From an uncultured delta proteobacterium (GTDB taxonomy: Bacteria > Desulfobacterota > Desulfobacteria > Desulfobacterales > UBA5852), in contig CAWKLN010000004.1 in assembly GCA_963850465.1 (NCBI GenBank), forward strand, positions 39,735-103,734: a DNA stretch of 64,000 nucleotides. Direction: 5' to 3'. The notes below the pieces were generated by a model that was not told where the DNA came from, searched no databases, and saw only the letters and a program-made list of their open reading frames with translations. Numbering within the stretch: the stretch's first letter is position 1; each line of letters opens with the position of its first letter. Made by a program: the position numbers and the translations under genes. This document shows positions 1 through 9,064 of the stretch, in pieces.

Positions 1-509
1 TTCTTCGTCGGTTGGGTGACCGCGAAGCATGGCCGGATGTTTCGGATGCCGGGCTGGTGGAAACGCTTGAGAACTGGCTCAGGCCTTACCTCGGCGGCTT
101 TGCCCGTCTCAAGGATATAAGGCGCATGGATTTGAGCGCGGCCTTGCATGGCCATCTGCCCTGGCGGCAACAGCAGCGCCTGGAACGTCTGGCGCCGACC
201 CACCTGGTCGTTCCCAGCGGGTCGCGCCGTCCCATCGATTACAGCGGGGAAATCCCCGTTCTGGCGGTGCGCATTCAGGAGATGTTCGGTGCCCGCGAGA
301 CCCCGACCATTGCCGAGGGACGCCAGGCCTTGTTGATTCACCTGCTTTCCCCGGCCGGGCGTCCGGCGCAGATCACCCAGGATCTGGCCGGCTTCTGGAA
401 AAACAGCTACCCGGAGGTGAAAAAGGAATTAAAGGGGCGTTATCCTAAACACCATTGGCCCGAAGACCCTTTGCAGGCACGACCGACCGCGCGTGTCCGG
501 CCACGCTGA
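1..509 (+). CDS. hrpB: ATP-dependent helicase HrpB, C-terminal fragment (5' end lies outside the window)
   Basis: The frame is open to the left edge. The tail ...PVLAVRIQEMFG...LLSPAGRPAQITQDLAGFWKNSYPEVKKELKGRYPKHHWPEDP is collinear with the E. coli HrpB C-terminal domain as I recall it. Confidence 0.8.
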   Translation, partial: LRRLGDREAWPDVSDAGLVETLENWLRPYLGGFARLKDIRRMDLSAALHGHLPWRQQQRLERLAPTHLVVPSGSRRPIDYSGEIPVLAVRIQEMFGARETPTIAEGRQALLIHLLSPAGRPAQITQDLAGFWKNSYPEVKKELKGRYPKHHWPEDPLQARPTARVRPR

Positions 510-540
510 TGCGAAGGGTAGAGCCCAGCCGAACAACAAA

Positions 541-572
541 GGCGGGAACGACCATCCGTCGTCCCGCCTTGG
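541..572 (+). terminator. Hairpin downstream of hrpB; possible weak intrinsic terminator
   Basis: GGCGGGAACGAC-catcc-GTCGTCCCGCC forms 11 bp with one bulged A. It is followed by TTGG only, so the T-tract is poor. Confidence 0.35.
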
Positions 573-868
573 CGTAAAACCGAACCCTGTTGTCAACCCC
601 ACCGCCGGTCGTCTGCCCACCGGCAAGCGGCGCGTCTGAACCTGTCATCGGCCGGACCACGATGCGACTTTAGCCGGGATGACCAGAAACGATGCCACCT
701 GTCGCGGCGTTAGCCGGAAATGGGGAATTTTGTCCTTATTTGAGGGAGATATGGTTTACAAGGCAGACCTATTCTGGTAGCCATGATGGGCTGTGACGGG
801 GGCGTGGCAACGATTGGAGATTGTCAGGCCCGAAGGATTCACGGAAGACAAGTGGTAAGGGTCGTTCG

Positions 869-1714
869 ATGGACATCTGGATAATCGTTTTGCTGATTCT
901 GCTGCCGACCGCAGCGGCTTGCTGGCTGGCCCGGGAAACCTCCCGTTTGCGCGGGCGGTTGGAGCGATTGAGCCGCACCGCCCAATCCAAACATAAATAT
1001 TATCAGGATCTTGAGTCTCACCATGAAGGCGAGGCGGATCTTAAACAACGCACCGAGGAAAAACTGCGCAGTTATCTTCAACTGATGGACACCCTCATCA
1101 ACACCATCCCCAACCCTATTTTTTTCAAAGACGTGGACGGTGTCTTCCGGGGCTGCAACCAGGCCTTTGCCAGAGACATTGTCGGGCTCACGCGGGATCG
1201 CATCATCGGTCGCAAAGCCGAGGACCTGGGTGGACAGATCCCGCGCGAACTGGTTGACTGCCTGCAACGCAACGCTGCTCACAGCAAAGCGTTTGAGGCG
1301 GAAATTCCCTGCGCGGACGGCCGCCGCCGGGATTTTCTGTTTAACACGGCGCGCGTATCCGGCGAAGGCTTTGAAACGGCGGGCAGCGTCGGCGCGATGC
1401 AGGACCTGACGGAAAAAAACCGCGCCGCCCGGGAGCGCGCCCAGAAGGAAAAATTTCAAGGGGTTCTGGAGACCGCGGGAGCGGTTTGCCACGAACTCAA
1501 CCAACCCCTCCAGGTGATCTCGGGTTACGCCGAACTCATGATGGTCGACCTGTCCGAAAGCGATAAGCACTACGGCCTGGCGGAGCAGATTCTCGAGCAG
1601 GTCGAACGCATCGCCGACATCACCGGCAAACTGCAGAAAATCACCCGCTACAAAACCCTCGACTATGACCGGCACACCAAGATCATCGACATCCACCAGT
1701 CCTCGGATGCGTGA
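869..1714 (+). CDS. Membrane-anchored PAS sensor with a histidine-kinase DHp (H-box) region but no ATPase domain
   Basis: ATG 869 follows TAAGGG. There is one N-terminal TM helix and a PAS-like core (IPNPIFFKDVDGVFRGCNQAFARD...). The H-box is AVCHELNQPLQVISGYAELM, and the ORF stops about 60 aa later without N/G1/G2 boxes. Confidence 0.65.
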   Translation: MDIWIIVLLILLPTAAACWLARETSRLRGRLERLSRTAQSKHKYYQDLESHHEGEADLKQRTEEKLRSYLQLMDTLINTIPNPIFFKDVDGVFRGCNQAFARDIVGLTRDRIIGRKAEDLGGQIPRELVDCLQRNAAHSKAFEAEIPCADGRRRDFLFNTARVSGEGFETAGSVGAMQDLTEKNRAARERAQKEKFQGVLETAGAVCHELNQPLQVISGYAELMMVDLSESDKHYGLAEQILEQVERIADITGKLQKITRYKTLDYDRHTKIIDIHQSSDA

Positions 1715-1728
1715 CCGACCAAGATTGT

Positions 1729-2559
1729 TTAGGACTGAACAGCCCCATTTCCCGCAAAGGGTTCCAGGCGATGCGTGACCGCTGATGCCATCATCTTCAA
1801 AATCTGATTGAAGGCGGAATGGCGGCGGTTCATTTTCCGTGCCCAGTGGCCGAAAAGATCGCGCAGCGGATCGATGAAGTGCTCAGGATCGATGCCGGTT
1901 TCCTCCACGATAGCGGCGGCTTCATCGGCGGTGGCCTGCCATGCCGGAACAGTGGTTTCCAATGGTTGCGCTGGATTTGCAGTCGTCCGGCGGTCAGCGC
2001 CGTAGGTCAATGCGGAGATGCTGGTGGATTGGGCGGCCAGGATCGTCCGGGACTGACGGACATCCACTTCGATGCCGGCCAGTGTGCCCAGTCGTGCCAG
2101 GCCTGCCGGTCCATGTCCGCTCCGTCCGCCCGCTTGCAGCCCAAAGGATTTGCCGATCAACCGGTCGATGCGGCGCAGGGCTTTGCGGATATCCTGCATC
2201 TCTTCCCGACTGAGGTCGCCTTCGACGGTCACGGTGATTTCCTGGCTGGATTCAAAACCGAACCACTCCCGGGTCTCGGCGGAGATGCGTTCCTGGGCGA
2301 ATTGATCCCCATCGGCGTTTGCGGCATATTGCTGACCGACGGCCATGCGGGCATCCCGCCCATAGACCGCCACAGTTTCCCGGTCCATGGAAAGCGTCAC
2401 GGTGTCGCCTTCTTTGGTATGAAGCGTGATGTCCTTGCTGACTTCCGATACAGCGGCCAGGCGCAGGCTCTGGGAGGCCTGGAATTCCTGCCCGGAAAGA
2501 CTGGACGGGGTAAAAGGATACAGTTCAAGGGTGTTGGGTGAAGCGATGGCAGCAGTCAT
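1729..2559 (-). CDS. Hypothetical protein
   Basis: The long ORF has a GGAGGT Shine-Dalgarno 4 nt before ATG 2559 (MTAAIASP...). I recognise no family. Confidence 0.5.
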   Translation of the reverse strand: MTAAIASPNTLELYPFTPSSLSGQEFQASQSLRLAAVSEVSKDITLHTKEGDTVTLSMDRETVAVYGRDARMAVGQQYAANADGDQFAQERISAETREWFGFESSQEITVTVEGDLSREEMQDIRKALRRIDRLIGKSFGLQAGGRSGHGPAGLARLGTLAGIEVDVRQSRTILAAQSTSISALTYGADRRTTANPAQPLETTVPAWQATADEAAAIVEETGIDPEHFIDPLRDLFGHWARKMNRRHSAFNQILKMMASAVTHRLEPFAGNGAVQS

Positions 2560-2831
2560 TCTGACCTCCATATTTAATAGGAATTCTTCCTGGGAGGTAT
2601 TATCGGTGATTTTCCAGGGAGCATTAGGACGGTTTGGTAAACGTCCCAAATGATATTTTAGAGATCCTTACTATTGCGGCGGCCATACGAAAGCCCGTCG
2701 GCGTCAGGCCCAATGCCGTGATCATTTGATTTGTCGCTCGCGGATGAAGATCGACTGGTTTGACAAGGATTGTTATCGTCTTAAAATCGCGTCAGTCCAT
2801 CGGTTGTCATTTCAAGCAAGGAGATAAGCGC

Positions 2832-3314
2832 ATGAATGTTTTAGTTCTGTATTATTCCAAGGGCGGCAACACGCGTCGTTTGGCGGAGGCCATTGCCGCG
2901 GGTGTGGCGCAGGTCGATGGGGCGACAGCCATATTGAAAACGACGGATGACGTCAAGAAGGATGATTTTGTCACGGCGGCCGGCATTATTGCCGGATCGC
3001 CGGTTTATTTCGGTACCATGGCGGCGGCGCTCAAGGGCGTGTTCGACGATTTCGTCGGTGTGCGCAAAAAGATGGAAAACAAAGTCGGGGCGGCCTTTGC
3101 CACGGCCGGGGATGCCACCGGCGGCAAGGAAACCACCCTGTTTTCGATTATCCAGGCCCTGATGATATACGGCATGATCATTGTCGGCGATCCCATGGCG
3201 GCAACGGGGCACTACGGCACGGCCTGTGTCGGTGCCCCGGATGACAAGACCATGGAAAATGGCCGCAAGTTGGGGGAACGCGTGGCGCGTCTGGCCGCAA
3301 GACTCGCGGATTGA
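2832..3314 (+). CDS. Flavodoxin-fold NAD(P)H:quinone oxidoreductase (WrbA family)
   Basis: AAGGAG precedes ATG 2832. MNVLVLYYSKGGNTRRLAEAIAAGV...GSPVYFGTMAA... matches the WrbA/flavodoxin-like N-terminus and FMN loop. Confidence 0.75.
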   Translation: MNVLVLYYSKGGNTRRLAEAIAAGVAQVDGATAILKTTDDVKKDDFVTAAGIIAGSPVYFGTMAAALKGVFDDFVGVRKKMENKVGAAFATAGDATGGKETTLFSIIQALMIYGMIIVGDPMAATGHYGTACVGAPDDKTMENGRKLGERVARLAARLAD

Positions 3315-3401
3315 GTTTGTGGTGTCTCTGCGTCGTGTTTGGAGGAGGTTCCGGCCTTCCAGGCGGTGTCGCAATTAAAAAAGCAACATTTTACAGGTTT
3401 A

Positions 3402-3483
3402 CGTCATTCCGGGCTTGACCCGGAATCCAGTTGTTTTCCCAGGTGTTACAGCACTGGATGCCGGATCGGTGTCCGGCATGACG
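3402..3483. repeat. Inverted pair of REP-like palindromic units between convergent genes
   Basis: Unit 1 is CGTCATTCCGGGCTTGACCCGGAATCCAG (3402-3430). Unit 2 (3454-3483) is the reverse complement of CGTCATGCCGGACACCGATCCGGCATCCAG. Each unit is itself a hairpin. Confidence 0.6.
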
Positions 3484-3544
3484 GGACGCAAAAGAGCCCA
3501 TTTTGTAATTACGACACCGCCGCCTTCGCCGCAATGGCAAACGA

Positions 3545-4075
3545 TCACGTGTCGTCCGGGCGGGAGAAGGCGCGGATGGTGCGGATATCCTTCTGTGGAA
3601 TGCCCAGGGATTCCAGGAACGTCTGGTGGTCATCCGGGAAAAGCCGTTCGAATTCGATGTGCCAGTGGAGCATATCCTGATCGGTCATGCCGGCGGCGCG
3701 CAGGAGCGTTGTCCACTTTTCGCGGCTCAGGCTGGACGGCATGTCGCTAAAGGACGGGTTGCCGATCAGGTTGCGGATAACTTGCTGCTGGTTGTGCAGG
3801 GCCTGAATTTGCCGGTCGACCTCCCGCAGGCGTTTTTCCAGAATGGTTTTCAGGCTGTCACCCGGTGAATCAAGGATCTGCTGAATGGCTTTTAGCGACA
3901 GTCCGATGCGTCGATAGTGGCAGATTTCTTCCAGCCGCTGGCGGTCGGCGTCGGTGTAGAGGCGATAGTTGGACGGGCTGCGGCCCGAGGGCCGCAGCAG
4001 TCCGATCCGGTCGTAATACAGCAGGGTGCTGCGGGACAACTTGAACTGTTTAGCCAGCCGACTGATGGTGGTCAC
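3545..4075 (-). CDS. MerR family transcriptional regulator
   Basis: The N-terminal HTH is TISRLAKQFKLSRSTLLYYDRIGLLRPSGRSPSNYRLYTDADRQRLEEI, with a GTG start. Confidence 0.8.
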   Translation of the reverse strand: MTTISRLAKQFKLSRSTLLYYDRIGLLRPSGRSPSNYRLYTDADRQRLEEICHYRRIGLSLKAIQQILDSPGDSLKTILEKRLREVDRQIQALHNQQQVIRNLIGNPSFSDMPSSLSREKWTTLLRAAGMTDQDMLHWHIEFERLFPDDHQTFLESLGIPQKDIRTIRAFSRPDDT

Positions 4076-4132
4076 GGTCGAGCCCTTCTTTGATCCGCCG
4101 ATGGGGCATGCCGATCACATGCGATCGATGGC

Positions 4133-4648
4133 TCATTCTGGCGGCATGTCATGTTGAGCGCCGTGTCCGGCAGCATTCAGCATGGTGCCGGTTTGCAGGT
4201 AGTGATTGAGCATTTCCTCGATGATCCTGATTTCCTGGCTATAGGACGAATCCCCATAGTGATCAATATAGGAATTGCCTTCCGGGCTCAGGGCCGTCAT
4301 GGTCTGGGTCCAGGTGGCAATCGTGCGGTCGGGCCCGTCACCCGCCAGATGGATATCCAGCCGGGTGATGCGCAGGCCGGGTGCCAGACGAATAAATTCG
4401 ATGGCGCGACAGGGTTCATAGCGTGTGACGACCCACCATTCCGGCCCCCGGTCTTCACGGAAATCGGTAAAAAAGATGCCGTTATCTTCGGCATAGCCCG
4501 TATCCGAATAGATCATGCGGCATTGCCAGATCGGTATCCAATCGTATTCCCTTTTCGGACAAAGCAGGGGGAATACCTGCCGGGGGGATGCCGCCAACGT
4601 CATGACACCCGTTTGCACACTGCGTTTCGAATGAAAGTGTTCCATCAA
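4133..4648 (-). CDS. SRPBCC (START/polyketide-cyclase-like) family protein
   Basis: Size and pattern (ASPRQVFPLL...WIPIW...) resemble the SRPBCC fold. It lies co-directionally beside the MerR gene. Confidence 0.45.
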   Translation of the reverse strand: MMEHFHSKRSVQTGVMTLAASPRQVFPLLCPKREYDWIPIWQCRMIYSDTGYAEDNGIFFTDFREDRGPEWWVVTRYEPCRAIEFIRLAPGLRITRLDIHLAGDGPDRTIATWTQTMTALSPEGNSYIDHYGDSSYSQEIRIIEEMLNHYLQTGTMLNAAGHGAQHDMPPE

Positions 4649-4914
4649 TTTCTCCTTTGCTTCGGGGTTAAAACAGATCGATAGGGACTACACTGTGAAC
4701 CCATAGACGGGTCAAGCCCGATTGGCACTGTATGGCATGGCTGGAGCCGCCCTCCGAATTGTGTTAGGATATAGGCGCCTGTGAAACGGGTGGCATGGTT
4801 GGCCGCGCATTGGCGGTGATGCCCGCGGACCAGGACACCGCCGTCCTGCACGGTATTCGCCATTGACGTCGGGGCTTCAGGTTACAAGACAAGTATCACC
4901 AGGAGAAGTGATCC

Positions 4915-7224
4915 ATGACCGATGCCGGTCGTGAAAAATTCGATCCGCCGGAACAGACGGATGGTTGTGATGATGACGCAACCGCGATCAGCCTGTCGGC
5001 GGGAGACGAATCTGACAGAATCTGCCCCATCTCGGGGTGGAGCGTCCAACGGCGGCCGGCGTGGACCCGTGTCAAATTCGAGCGGGGCTTTTCGATCACC
5101 GCGGAAATCATCGGTGGACGCATCCTGCTTACCCATAACCGCGGGCGGGCCACCCTCGAAGGCGTTCGCAAAGCATTTGATTTTACGGATGCCATCATCG
5201 AGGAGCACTTCGGCAGCCGCCCATACATTCACATATTGGATTATACCCATCTCGGCGGGACCACCCTGGATGGCCGCCGGCGATTTATCAGGCGCATGCT
5301 CAAGCGCCGGCACCAGACCGGTGTCATATTTTATGGCCTTTCGCCCATGCTGCGCATGAGCACCAAACTGGGCAAACGGCTCAATATGATTCCGTTTGAT
5401 GTTCATATCGCCAAAGACTATCCGGATGCCATCGGCCAGGCGATGGCGCTCTTAAATGAGACGAACGCGACCGCCTCGGACAGCCGTCTGCCCAAGGACA
5501 ACACGCTCGTTCATTATCGATCGCGCGATGGAATTCAGCATACCATCCTCCGGCGTGCTGACTGGCAACTGGATTTGGACGGGTTTCGCATCGCTTTTGA
5601 AATTATTGACGGCCGTATTCTGCATACCGTTTCGGAGGGTTTTTTCCGGGACACCCATTTGCCCAAGTTGATTGCCATGCGGGATCGCGTATACCGATCG
5701 CTGCTGGAGCCGCAGGACCCTCACTATATTATCGCCGGTTTTCACGGACTGAGCCGTGTGGGCCGGCGGGCGCGCAAATACTACCTGGATTCGATTTCCG
5801 CCTGGCACCGCAAGATGCGGCTGCAAGGGTATATCGCTTACGGACTCAATCCGTTTATGGCGGCCGTAGCTAATTTTTCACGGTTCATTTTGCCTTTTCC
5901 GGTCCACGTGGCAAAAGACCTGGACAGTGCCTTGCAGATTACCGCGATGGAAACCAAGGCCGCCCGAGGAAACGATGCCCCCCGACGTAAGACGTCTTTG
6001 ATATCGGGACACGGCGCCAGGGAAACGACCGATCCTGTCGAACATTTGTTGGAATATATCGGCAGCATCGACTGGGAGCGGGACGGGTTGTCCCTTTCGA
6101 AAGCCGTCAAAGCCAACAGTGCTTTCGCGCCTGTTTACGATGCCATCAGCGTGATCAAATCCGAGTTGGACGATCTGTTGCACGAAAAGCTGCATGCCGA
6201 AAAGGCGCTGGAAACCGCGCGCGATGAGTTGGATGCCCGTGTTCGGGAGCGTACCGCGGAACTCATCGAGACCAACCGGCGCCTTCAAACCGAAATTACC
6301 GAACGCCGCGAAATGGAAGGGGCGCTGCGCGCAAGCGAGAAGAATTATCGAACCCTTGTGGACAGTGTAAACAGCATCATTCTGCGATGGGACGCAGAAG
6401 GCAAAATTGTTTTCATGAATCCTTATGGGTTGAAATTTTTCGGTTATGAAGCCGAAGAACTCATCGGGGAGAATGTCGTGGGAAGCATTGTCCCGGAAAA
6501 CGAGAGTATTTCGCAGCGCGACCTTGCTGATTTGATGCACCAGATTCAGGAGGACCCCGACCGGTTTCGGAACAACGAGAACGAAAATGTTGTCCGGGAC
6601 GGTCGTCGGGTGTGGATATACTGGACCAACCGGGCCATTACCGATGCCGAAGGCCGCATCGTGGAGATTTTAAGCGTTGGAAACGATATCACCGGGCGGC
6701 GTCATATGGAAGCGGAACTTCGCCGGCTGGCAACCACCGATTTCCTGACCGGGGCTTTCAACCGCCGCCGGTTTTTTCAGAAAGCGCGGCAGGAATTCCT
6801 GCGGCACCAGCGCTATGGCCATCATTTTGCGGTCTTGCTGATGGACATGGACCATTTTAAGAAAATAAACGATACCCATGGCCATCCTGCCGGTGATACC
6901 GTGCTGAAAACATTTGTGGACACGTGCCATAACATATTCCGGGTCACGGATATCTTCGGACGCACCGGCGGCGAAGAATTCTCTGCTGTTCTTCCGGAAA
7001 CCGATGCCGCCAATGCCGTCCGTGTTGCCGAACGCCTGCGGGATCGCGTGGCGAACACGCGTGTCGATGTCGGGACCGATAACAGTCCCATCCGGTTTAC
7101 CGTGAGTATCGGGCTAACCGATCTCAAGGAAGAAGATGTGACGCTTGAATCGATGATCCGGCGTGCCGATAAAGCCCTGTATGACGCCAAACGGGCGGGG
7201 CGCAACCGCGTGATGCAGGCCTAA
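4915..7224 (+). CDS. Diguanylate cyclase with two tandem N-terminal domains of unknown function, a coiled coil, PAS and GGDEF
   Basis: The C-terminus reads ...LLMDMDHFKKINDTHGHPAGD...GRTGGEEFSAVL (GGEEF). A PAS core is present (YRTLVDSVNSIILRWDAEGKIVFMNPYG). Duplicated N-terminal modules are visible by eye. Confidence 0.85.
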   Translation: MTDAGREKFDPPEQTDGCDDDATAISLSAGDESDRICPISGWSVQRRPAWTRVKFERGFSITAEIIGGRILLTHNRGRATLEGVRKAFDFTDAIIEEHFGSRPYIHILDYTHLGGTTLDGRRRFIRRMLKRRHQTGVIFYGLSPMLRMSTKLGKRLNMIPFDVHIAKDYPDAIGQAMALLNETNATASDSRLPKDNTLVHYRSRDGIQHTILRRADWQLDLDGFRIAFEIIDGRILHTVSEGFFRDTHLPKLIAMRDRVYRSLLEPQDPHYIIAGFHGLSRVGRRARKYYLDSISAWHRKMRLQGYIAYGLNPFMAAVANFSRFILPFPVHVAKDLDSALQITAMETKAARGNDAPRRKTSLISGHGARETTDPVEHLLEYIGSIDWERDGLSLSKAVKANSAFAPVYDAISVIKSELDDLLHEKLHAEKALETARDELDARVRERTAELIETNRRLQTEITERREMEGALRASEKNYRTLVDSVNSIILRWDAEGKIVFMNPYGLKFFGYEAEELIGENVVGSIVPENESISQRDLADLMHQIQEDPDRFRNNENENVVRDGRRVWIYWTNRAITDAEGRIVEILSVGNDITGRRHMEAELRRLATTDFLTGAFNRRRFFQKARQEFLRHQRYGHHFAVLLMDMDHFKKINDTHGHPAGDTVLKTFVDTCHNIFRVTDIFGRTGGEEFSAVLPETDAANAVRVAERLRDRVANTRVDVGTDNSPIRFTVSIGLTDLKEEDVTLESMIRRADKALYDAKRAGRNRVMQA

Positions 7225-7275
7225 ATCGTTTCACTCGGGTAGTTGAACGCAGTCATCCTCTCAAGGAGATGCAAA

Positions 7276-7917
7276 ATGGCGACGATTTTGACCGACACCG
7301 AGATCCGGATCATAGGCAGCCTGATGGAAAAGGCATTGTCCACGCCGGATTACTACCCGCTCTCCCTCAATGCCCTCACCAACGCCTGCAATCAGAAGTC
7401 AAGCCGTGATCCGGTGGTGGCCTATGACGAATATGACGTACAGGCGGTTTTGGATGAACTGGCAGAAAAAAACCTGGTCAACCAGAGCAGGGTGGGGCGT
7501 GTCCCCAAATACGAAGAACTGTTTTCACAGAAGCACAACCTCGTTCCCCGGGAAGCGGCCGTCCTGTGTGTGTTGATGCTGAGGGGGCCCCAGACCGTCG
7601 GCGAGATTCGTGGCCGGACCGGCCGGTTATGCGTTTTCGACAGCCTGGAGGCGGTCGACGAAACGCTGTCAACGCTAACTGAATGGGGACTTGTCCAGCG
7701 TCAGGCGCGTCTTCCCGGCCACAAGGAATCACGCTACGCCCATTTACTGGGCGACGTGTCGGAGCCGCCCGTTGCGGAACAGGACGCCCCTGCCGATGGC
7801 GGTGCGCTTGAAAAAGTGAATCGGCTTGACCAGTTAGAAAATGAAGTCGGCCGGCTGCGGGATGATTTCTCGGAATTGCAGCAGGCGTTTGAGGCTTTTA
7901 AGAAACAGTTCGAATAG
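7276..7917 (+). CDS. yceH: YceH (DUF480/UPF0502) family protein
   Basis: AAGGAG precedes ATG 7276. LTDTEIRIIGSLMEKALSTPDYYPLSLNALTNACNQKSSRDPV...LRGPQTVGEIR...GHKESRYAHLL is collinear with E. coli YceH. Confidence 0.8.
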   Translation: MATILTDTEIRIIGSLMEKALSTPDYYPLSLNALTNACNQKSSRDPVVAYDEYDVQAVLDELAEKNLVNQSRVGRVPKYEELFSQKHNLVPREAAVLCVLMLRGPQTVGEIRGRTGRLCVFDSLEAVDETLSTLTEWGLVQRQARLPGHKESRYAHLLGDVSEPPVAEQDAPADGGALEKVNRLDQLENEVGRLRDDFSELQQAFEAFKKQFE

Positions 7918-8193
7918 ACCTCCGCATCTTTTCCTTCAGCCTGTCTCATGCTCCCGCCTGAGCCCATCAGCCGGTTGAGGATTCACTCAGCGAATCCGGC
8001 GCCCATTGAAACCGGCATTATTTGTCCTCAAGTATATTTCCGGACTGTCGATAATTCTATTTAACGATCCGTTTTGCAGGAGCGGTGTGAAAGGGGTGGA
8101 TACGGTTCGATTTCTGCTCGGGTTTCGCCACCCCCCATTCCGCTCACATGCCGGTGATCGATGAATGATAATTTCAGCAAACAGGTGCATACC

Positions 8194-8679
8194 ATGAAAA
8201 AAGTATTTGTAAACGACGATAACAAGGCCACGCTGGCCTGCCCGGCGTGTGAGCGCAGCCGGACCATCGATGCCGAGCCATTTATCTATATGGCACGCGT
8301 CGTACGAATAAAGATCAAATGCCCCTGCGGCGTTCACTACCCGGCGGAACTGGAACGGCGGCGTCATTTTCGGAAGGTCGTCAATTTCCAGGGCACCTAT
8401 TCCCAGACACCCGGCAGCCGGCATGTGGGAAGGGGCGAAATGGCCGTGTTGGACCTGTCCCGCACGGGTGTCAAGATGCGCCTCAGCGGAAATAAGGCGC
8501 TCCGCATCGGGGACAAACTCATGGTCCAATTCCAGCTTGACGATACCAAGCGATCAAAGATTCGCAAGGAAAGTGTGGTCCGCAGAATTGACGGGTCGGA
8601 GCTGGGTGCCGAATTCACGCCGACAGGTCCGGCGGACCCGAATGCCAAAGCCATCGGGTTTTATCTGTTTGCGGCCTGA
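8194..8679 (+). CDS. PilZ domain protein with N-terminal zinc ribbon
   Basis: It has CPAC...CPCG followed by the PilZ motifs RRRHFR and DLSRTG. Confidence 0.7.
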   Translation: MKKVFVNDDNKATLACPACERSRTIDAEPFIYMARVVRIKIKCPCGVHYPAELERRRHFRKVVNFQGTYSQTPGSRHVGRGEMAVLDLSRTGVKMRLSGNKALRIGDKLMVQFQLDDTKRSKIRKESVVRRIDGSELGAEFTPTGPADPNAKAIGFYLFAA

Positions 8680-9064
8680 TCCGCATCCCTGGTTTCTTCG
8701 ATCTTCCACCAGTGATCAAACAGGCATCTCACCGGACAATGGATCTCCTATCAACGTGGTCCACACGAATAAATAGTAGCCGACCTCCCGCCAATATGCG
8801 ATATTCTTATCGACGCCCCCTTGGTCATATTTGACATCTCCAGCCCAGACACATCACGTGGTTGCCGTGGGAGCAACCAACGCAAGTCTTTCCAAATAAT
8901 CCTTAAAATCCAAAGCAACCACTTGCTGTGAGAGATCCATGAACTATACCGCAGTCGGTCGCGTGAACAAACTTCTCAGCATGGCATCAGTCAGGAGGTC
9001 GGCTGAAAAGGAGTTGTGATTGCCGCGATAGAAGGCGTTAGGCTGGTATAAGTTAAGGGCGTCC

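Noticed and set aside
8716-8940. A minus-strand ORF, MDLSQQVVALDFKDYLERLALVAPTATT-[TGA]-CVWAGDVKYDQGGVDKNIAYWREVGYYLFVW..., has an in-frame TGA directly before a Cys. This is tempting as a third Sec gene.
   Set aside because: It has no Shine-Dalgarno, belongs to no family I recognise, and has only a 4-bp hairpin downstream. It lies in a lower-GC spacer that also contains another dead C-terminal fragment (8944-9064). It is more likely gene debris and worth only a quick homology check.
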